From Candidatus Anstonellaceae archaeon (GTDB lineage Archaea; Micrarchaeota; Micrarchaeia; Anstonellales; Anstonellaceae): a stretch of 64,000 nt of DNA. The notes under the pieces are model-generated. The model was given only the letters and a program-made list of their open reading frames with translations. It was not told the origin of the DNA and made no database searches. The stretch is taken from assembly GCA_038891035.1 (NCBI GenBank), contig JAWAEW010000005.1, positions 1,425-65,424 on the forward strand, given 5' to 3'. The position numbers and the translations under genes were made by a program. The first letter of the stretch is position 1, and each line of letters starts with the position of its first letter. This document shows positions 58,442 to 64,000 of this stretch, in pieces.

Positions 58442-59158
58442 TCACCTCAGATAGTTTAGGTTCTGAATAGTGAAAAATTTTAAATATCTTTGCTGGGCTG
58501 CTGATATTTTAACTACTGCAAAATTCCAATGTGATGCAACCAAATCTCCGACTTTTATATTTTGTCCAATGGAAACATCTTTACATTTCAGCTTCCATGC
58601 CTTTTTTGTGGGGACAAGCCTGAACCCTAACTTGTCTTTGACTATCTTTTGAGAATCAACATAAAGTAGATCTTCTTTCTTTTTGAGAACCTTGCCCCAA
58701 CTGATCCTGCACAAATCAGCAGTTTTCAAGCTTGAAGGAAGTTTGCCACTTATGCTGCGAATGAAGAAAACGTGAAAGGAATGGTGTGGAAAGATTTGTT
58801 CAGGTAAATCCAACACTAATTTTTCAGCCTGTTTTCTTGAAAGAAAGCCAGGTGCGCAAAAATCATGCAAGATCATCTCTCTTACACTTTCTTTTTTAAC
58901 ATTTGAAAGGAGACTGTTTCCTATCCAAAAGGCTTCACAAACCTTAAGGTCAAAAGGTTGAAGGCCATTTTCTTTAGCAATGAGACGAAGATAAGAATAA
59001 TGCGCTCTGAATTTCATAAGCTGCAGCTCAAGCGGCCTACAAAAAAGTCTTTTATGCTTAAGGAATGATTTAAATGCTGGTAAAAATGATTTTGTTCCGC
59101 AGTATGAAAGGATATTTGGCGGCAAAGCAAAGCGCGCAGCCAGTTCTACTCCAAGCAT
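58442..59158 (-). CDS. DUF6390-like protein with HypC-like C-terminus
   Basis: ARFALPPNILSYCG, EAFWIGN, PHHSFHV, CRISWGKV, VGDLVASHW. Confidence 0.7.
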   Translation of the reverse strand: MLGVELAARFALPPNILSYCGTKSFLPAFKSFLKHKRLFCRPLELQLMKFRAHYSYLRLIAKENGLQPFDLKVCEAFWIGNSLLSNVKKESVREMILHDFCAPGFLSRKQAEKLVLDLPEQIFPHHSFHVFFIRSISGKLPSSLKTADLCRISWGKVLKKKEDLLYVDSQKIVKDKLGFRLVPTKKAWKLKCKDVSIGQNIKVGDLVASHWNFAVVKISAAQQRYLKFFTIQNLNYLR

Positions 59159-59162
59159 AACA

Positions 59163-60083
59163 TCATAACCGAAGCACTGCCTTTGCCTTCTGCTTCACCC
59201 AATATGCTGCTGAGAGTGTTTCTGCTGCACCTATGCTAACCACTGCTCCAAACGCAAGCAAAAGAAATCCTGCCGCCTGAAGAGGGAGAAGGGCCTTGCC
59301 TGCAAAGGCAAAAGAGAACAGAGCGCTTATTGGGCCTCCTAATGTTAATGCTGCAGTAGCAAAGATGAGCGATGTGCTTGCAAGGGCAGAGTACCACAGA
59401 GTGACAAATAGAGTAAGAAAACCTACTGAAATTGCTATCCATCCCAAAGAGGATGGGCTAATATCAAGCAGTGAATCTGCTTTGCCCTGCGTCAAAACCA
59501 CTGCAAGCAAAAGCAAAGCCCCAATTCCCATTCTGGCTGCCGCAACCGAAAGAGGAGAGAGGGTGGCTGTGAGTTTCTTGGAAAGTGCATATTCAAAGGC
59601 CCAAATGATTGTTGCTGCAAGCACCAGAAGTGAACCTGTAGAATAGCTCAGGGGGGAGGAAGGGCCAAGCAAAAGAAAGTTCCCTAAAATTACGCTGAAC
59701 GCACCTAAGGCGATTTTCCAATTTATTTTCTCTTTGAAAAGAACTACAGCTGCAATTATAGAGAAAATGAAAAGCAAGCGAAAAATGAATGAGCCTTCTG
59801 CCCCGCTTATTGAAGAAAGGCCGCTGAAAAATAGAGCAAAAGCAACACCACCGCCAAACAAGCCTACAAACAAAAGCATAAGCAACTGCTTTATGTCCAG
59901 AAGCAGAAATTCCTTCCATCTTCCCCATAGGATGCAAAGCGAAGCAAGAATGGATGCTACAAGTAAGTTTCTAACAAACGCATAGGAGGTGGCATCCATG
60001 CTTACCACACCAAAACTATTTACAAAAACAGAAATGCCGCTTACTAAAGCAGCAAGATAAGCCAACGCTACGCCATTGCTCAT
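59163..60083 (-). CDS. DMT/EamA-family transporter
   Basis: About ten TM helices in two repeats; LFKEKI loop. Confidence 0.85.
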   Translation of the reverse strand: MSNGVALAYLAALVSGISVFVNSFGVVSMDATSYAFVRNLLVASILASLCILWGRWKEFLLLDIKQLLMLLFVGLFGGGVAFALFFSGLSSISGAEGSFIFRLLFIFSIIAAVVLFKEKINWKIALGAFSVILGNFLLLGPSSPLSYSTGSLLVLAATIIWAFEYALSKKLTATLSPLSVAAARMGIGALLLLAVVLTQGKADSLLDISPSSLGWIAISVGFLTLFVTLWYSALASTSLIFATAALTLGGPISALFSFAFAGKALLPLQAAGFLLLAFGAVVSIGAAETLSAAYWVKQKAKAVLRL

Positions 60084-60134
60084 GTGCTGATTTAAAGGTT
60101 TTTGATTTATAAATTTAAGTGCAAACCAAAGTAT

Positions 60135-60614
60135 GTGAAAAAGCTTGCCATCTCTTGGGTGACATTTGCCTGCTGTGAGGATTCCACTATCCTTTTTGTT
60201 GAGTTGCTAAACAAACATTTCTTTGAGTGGAAAGACAAAATAGAGTTTAGATATTGTCCTTTCCTAAAAGGGAAAGGGAATGATTTTGAGGGAAGCGACG
60301 TAACTTTTGTTGAAGGTGCAATTGCAACTAAGGAAGATGAACAGTTGCTTTTGAAAATTCGACAACAAAGCAAAAGAATAGTTGCAATAGGTTCCTGCGC
60401 ATGCACGGGTCTACCATCTGCCCAGCGAAATACGTTTGACGAATCCACCAAGCGAGAAATAATGATGATTGTAGAACGCTTTGGACATCTGGAAAAAGTG
60501 CATCCAATAAAGGATTTGATAAAAGTAGACTACCAAGTATCTGGCTGTCCGATGGATGAGAAGCTCTTTCTTTCCACTTTGCAAAAGTTGTTTGATGAAT
60601 TTGGAGTAAAATAA
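60135..60614 (+). CDS. [NiFe]-hydrogenase small subunit (short, HoxY/group 3-like)
   Basis: ACCEDS, FVEGAI, AIGSCACTG, VSGCP; GTG 60135 is 22 nt after TATA. Confidence 0.85.
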   Translation: MKKLAISWVTFACCEDSTILFVELLNKHFFEWKDKIEFRYCPFLKGKGNDFEGSDVTFVEGAIATKEDEQLLLKIRQQSKRIVAIGSCACTGLPSAQRNTFDESTKREIMMIVERFGHLEKVHPIKDLIKVDYQVSGCPMDEKLFLSTLQKLFDEFGVK

Positions 60615-60623
60615 GGTGATAGA

Positions 60624-61967
60624 TTGCACAAAGAAGGAGAATTTGATATAGACATAAAGCATCTTTCAAAAATAGAAGGCCACACTGACCTTGAAGTAAA
60701 GGTCAAGAATGGAGTAGTTCAGTATGCACATCTGAAAATAAGCGAATCCAAGCGGTTTTTCACTCAGGCGGTTAGAGGCAAATCATGTCTTAATGTAGCA
60801 CAGCTTGTTTCAAGAATATGCGGCACCTGTTCAATTGCGCACCTGATCACTTGCATTCAAGCAGTGGAAGATGCCTTAGGTATAGTTCCTACAGAGCAGA
60901 CAATGACACTGCGGCATCTTACGGAAGATGGGTTGATGATTCGTGACCATGCTATGCATCTTTACATATTTTGCTTGCCGGATATTATGAATGCTGATTC
61001 CATCCTTGAGCTTGCAGAAACCCACAAGGGATTGATTGAGAAAGCATTGGAAGTCAAATCTGCAGGAAATGAGCTTTCCAAGCTGATTGCAGGGAGGGCT
61101 GTCCATGCGCCCTATCCAGTAGTTGGTGGGTACACCAAAATTCCAGATAACCAAAGTTGCAGGGAGATGGCCCATGTTCTAAGCCATGCACGTGAGCATG
61201 CACTCGAATTCGTTGATCTTTTCAGGGAGACCCTTCCTTCGTATGAAAGGAAGACACATTTCGTTGCTCTCAAAAATCCAAAGTACGAATATATTGGAGG
61301 TGAGATTTGTTCTTCTGAAGGATATTGCGTTTCAAAAGAAAACTTTTGGAATCATCTATACAGAGTAGTAGTCCCATATTCTCAGTCCACGGGATTTGAA
61401 TTTGAAGGAAAAGAATATATGGTTGGTGCACTTGCAAGGATGAATCTGAACAAGGAGGCGCTTCATAAAGATACGAAAAAAGATGTGAGTGCCTGTTTGC
61501 CATTGTTCCCCTCGAACAACATCTTTGCAAATAATTTGGCTCAGGCAATAGAAATAGTAAACAGCATAGATCATGCAATTGAGATACTAGAAAGCTATGA
61601 TTTTAAGGCAGAACCATACAAGACTCCACAGGTGAAAGCAGGGACTGGCATAGGTGTAACTGAAGCTCCGCGGGGCACGCTTTATTATGCCCTTAAAATA
61701 AACGAACAAGGACTGGTAGAATATATCAACCTTGTAATACCGACTGCACAGAACATGGTAAATATAGAAAAGGATATGGCTCAAATAGTGCAGCGAGGAA
61801 TTGATGAAGGCAAAGAAAAAGAAGAGCTTTCTATGGAGGTAGAACGTCTTGTGCGAGCATATGATCCATGTATGAGCTGTGCCACTCACTTTTTGAGGCT
61901 AAGAATAAAAGAAACTAAAAGAAGTGGCAGACCAAAAGATTATATACGGCCATTTATCCTACGCTGA
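60624..61967 (+). CDS. [NiFe]-hydrogenase large subunit (group 3-like)
   Basis: KIEGH, L1 RICGTC, EAPRG, PTAQN, L2 DPCMSCATH plus C-terminal extension. Confidence 0.93.
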   Translation: MHKEGEFDIDIKHLSKIEGHTDLEVKVKNGVVQYAHLKISESKRFFTQAVRGKSCLNVAQLVSRICGTCSIAHLITCIQAVEDALGIVPTEQTMTLRHLTEDGLMIRDHAMHLYIFCLPDIMNADSILELAETHKGLIEKALEVKSAGNELSKLIAGRAVHAPYPVVGGYTKIPDNQSCREMAHVLSHAREHALEFVDLFRETLPSYERKTHFVALKNPKYEYIGGEICSSEGYCVSKENFWNHLYRVVVPYSQSTGFEFEGKEYMVGALARMNLNKEALHKDTKKDVSACLPLFPSNNIFANNLAQAIEIVNSIDHAIEILESYDFKAEPYKTPQVKAGTGIGVTEAPRGTLYYALKINEQGLVEYINLVIPTAQNMVNIEKDMAQIVQRGIDEGKEKEELSMEVERLVRAYDPCMSCATHFLRLRIKETKRSGRPKDYIRPFILR

Positions 61968-62345
61968 GTCGACCATGCTTTTTATCAGCTTTTCTACTTT
62001 TTTGATGTGTGTAAGCGGCTTTTTAGGAGGAACCCCGATTATAATGGCCTCTTTCAATTTGCCAAGCTTTTTTAGCAAGAGCAGATTCCACAGCAAATCA
62101 AAGCCATGCAAAGACAATGGAGCATCTGCAAGCTCAAGCTCATCAATCTTAACAACGCGTGGCTCTTTTAGTCCAATCACCACATCAAGGAGTGTAATTC
62201 TTTCTCCTTCCTTTTCTAAATCTTCTGAGGTGTCAAAAGGCACAAACTCAACCTCTCTTAACCTACTGGAAAGTCTCTTCGCAATTTTTATTGCAGCAGA
62301 ATCTTGCAAAGCAAGTGGGTTTCCAAAGACAAGAACTCTCAGCAT
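61959..62345 (-). CDS. Hydrogenase maturation protease-like protein
   Basis: VLVFGNPL...D, LLDVV, SLHGFD, IIGVP. Confidence 0.75.
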   Translation of the reverse strand: MLRVLVFGNPLALQDSAAIKIAKRLSSRLREVEFVPFDTSEDLEKEGERITLLDVVIGLKEPRVVKIDELELADAPLSLHGFDLLWNLLLLKKLGKLKEAIIIGVPPKKPLTHIKKVEKLIKSMVDSA

Positions 62346-62353
62346 AATGACAC

Positions 62354-62971
62354 CTAAAGCCGCGAAGCCTCAAACCCTCTTGCAGAAAGTGAAAGTGAAA
62401 GGCGCCGAGCCTTCCTAAAGCAAGCATGAAGTACCGGAATTATAATTGCAATGATGGAAAATGAAGAGCAGCCTCTACATCTTTGAGCAAGGTATGTTTT
62501 GTGTATCTTTCTCATTATGAATGGCACAGAAATGAAAGAGAGTGAAAACAGGAATGAAAGCCTTTTTGAAAGCCCAAAAGACTGTAAGGTAGATGCAATT
62601 TGGGCAGGCGAGGTGGTGAGTGCAAAAATCAGTGGTAGAAACACGATTGAAAATGCGAAAAAGAAATTATGGAGGGCAAAATAAATATTTGCAGGAACAA
62701 GAACTCCAAGCAGTTCTACCTTACCTGTCTGTGTAAGCAGACGCACCAGCGCCGGAAAAAGAGGTAAGACCAAAAGATAGGAATGAAGTCGAATCAACTT
62801 CAGTATGCTTAATGATGAAAGCCTATAGATCAAAAGAGTAAAAAGAAAAAACAGTGCACCATATTCAAGAGGAAGAATGATTTGAAGCAGTATGAGCAAA
62901 ATTAATAAGCCGAGCTTATACCGCGCATCGATCATATGAATGATTGAATTCTTCTTGGAATAAATATTCAC
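62354..62971 (-). CDS. ecfT: ECF transporter transmembrane component
   Basis: SIIHMIDARYKL, LTTSP, AQRCRG, SARGF; GTG 62971 after GAGGTAGG. Confidence 0.85.
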   Translation of the reverse strand: MNIYSKKNSIIHMIDARYKLGLLILLILLQIILPLEYGALFFLFTLLIYRLSSLSILKLIRLHSYLLVLPLFPALVRLLTQTGKVELLGVLVPANIYFALHNFFFAFSIVFLPLIFALTTSPAQIASTLQSFGLSKRLSFLFSLSFISVPFIMRKIHKTYLAQRCRGCSSFSIIAIIIPVLHACFRKARRLSLSLSARGFEASRL

Positions 62972-62976
62972 TAAAC

Positions 62977-63723
62977 CTACCTCACTGGCATCCTCAAACC
63001 CAAATTTTGTAATTTCTTGCTGAAAAGCAAGGAAGGCTTTCCTTGTGCAACTAACTTGCCGTCTGCCAATACTACTATTCTGGTTGCGTACTTTGCCAAA
63101 AGGCAGGTATCCTGCTCTGTTATTATTACTGTCTTGCCCTCTTTTGCCATTTTTGAAAGTATGGAATAAATCTCGCATGCTGATTTCCAATCAAGGCTTG
63201 CAACAGGCTCATCAAGAAGTAAAATTGGGCTTTCCTGCGCAATTGCACAAGCAAGAGCAACTTTTTGCTTTTGACCGACAGAAAGTTCAGTTGGATCTGC
63301 ATCCGCAAGATTGTCTAGACCGATTTTTTTGAGTGCTTCGAACGCTTTTTGCTTTGCCTTTTCTTGACTTATTTCTTGAGTGCAAAAAAGGCCAAAAGCT
63401 ACTTCGTCAATTACAGTCATGTTGAATATCTGATCGTCTGCATCTTGGAATACCATGGAAGAAAGCTTTGCAATTTCCCTGAACGGTAGGGAAGAGACCT
63501 CTTTGCCAAAAATTTTTACACTTCCGGAAAACTTGCCTTTAATTTCTTTTGGTATCAGTCCGTTGCAACAATAAAGGAGAGAGGTTTTCCCAGAGCCGAC
63601 AGGCCCAATAATGCCTACAAACTCCCCTTGAAAGAATGAGAGCGATATGTTGGATAAAGCTTGTTTTTCTTTGCCTTCGTATGAAAATGACACCTCTTTT
63701 ATTTCAAGCACTTTTTGTGGCAT
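62977..63723 (-). CDS. ecfA: ECF transporter ATPase
   Basis: GPVGSGKT, VFQDADDQIF..TVIDEVAFG, LSVGQKQ, LLLDEP. Confidence 0.9.
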   Translation of the reverse strand: MPQKVLEIKEVSFSYEGKEKQALSNISLSFFQGEFVGIIGPVGSGKTSLLYCCNGLIPKEIKGKFSGSVKIFGKEVSSLPFREIAKLSSMVFQDADDQIFNMTVIDEVAFGLFCTQEISQEKAKQKAFEALKKIGLDNLADADPTELSVGQKQKVALACAIAQESPILLLDEPVASLDWKSACEIYSILSKMAKEGKTVIITEQDTCLLAKYATRIVVLADGKLVAQGKPSLLFSKKLQNLGLRMPVR

Positions 63724-63727
63724 AAAA

Positions 63728-64000
63728 TCAACAACTGGAATACTTCCTTGCAAACCCAAGCTTGAAAGCAATCAGCCACGCCAATCCAAGCTCGACTGCT
63801 GCCTGAATTGCGTTGAAGAAAAAGATTGCGATATACCATATTGCACCTGAGCCAAAAAAAAGCAAGTCAGATGAGCTTACCAATTCAACAAATTGCTCCG
63901 TGGTCATCTTGAAGTAAAGTGGGCCTGCAAAATAAAAATTGGCAACCACCATGGAAATCCCGCGGATAACGATCGCAATTGGCGCAAGTAGAAGAATCGT
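63728..64000 (-). CDS. 3' part of probable ECF substrate-binding (S) component
   Basis: Hydrophobic ORF open to the window edge, directly upstream of ecfA; FNAIQA motif. Confidence 0.6.
   Translation of the reverse strand, partial: TILLLAPIAIVIRGISMVVANFYFAGPLYFKMTTEQFVELVSSSDLLFFGSGAIWYIAIFFFNAIQAAVELGLAWLIAFKLGFARKYSSC

Noticed and set aside
60624..61967. [NiFeSe] hydrogenase or Complex I NuoD-like subunit
   Set aside because: All four ligands are Cys codons with no in-frame TGA, and both CxxC motifs are present

Overview
Gene-dense archaeal chromosomal segment. Archaeal markers include class I CCA enzyme, Pth2, NurA, IDI-2, geranylgeranyl reductase, an A-type ATP synthase operon, TATA-box promoters, BHB-type tRNA introns, C1-G72 tRNA-Tyr and A1-U72 tRNA-Gln. 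The gene content suggests a DPANN lineage such as Micrarchaeota (inference, not tested). Most of the window is housekeeping: gltX, asnS, proS, glmS, an rpe-tkt-tkt-tal cassette, trpB2, atpHIKECFABD and three tRNAs. No CRISPR array, integrase or transposase was seen. Best candidates for undescribed biology: (1) a two-subunit [NiFe]-hydrogenase with an atypical CCED small subunit, transcribed divergently from an EamA / DUF6390-like (HypC-like C-terminus) / cytochrome b5 lipoprotein operon; (2) three dispersed paralogs of an internally duplicated Cys-rich ~520-aa protein, two of them next to their own regulator and palindromic operator; (3) a recurring symmetric 22-7-22 bp bidirectional leaderless promoter; (4) a tRNA-Asp with a T-loop intron; (5) a proS stop codon overlapping the 5' end of tRNA-Gln; (6) an unannotated 38-aa poly-acidic microprotein; (7) twin palindromic operators around the hsp20 TATA box; (8) an NlpC/P60 hydrolase. 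All family calls come from reading motifs by eye; no database search was run.
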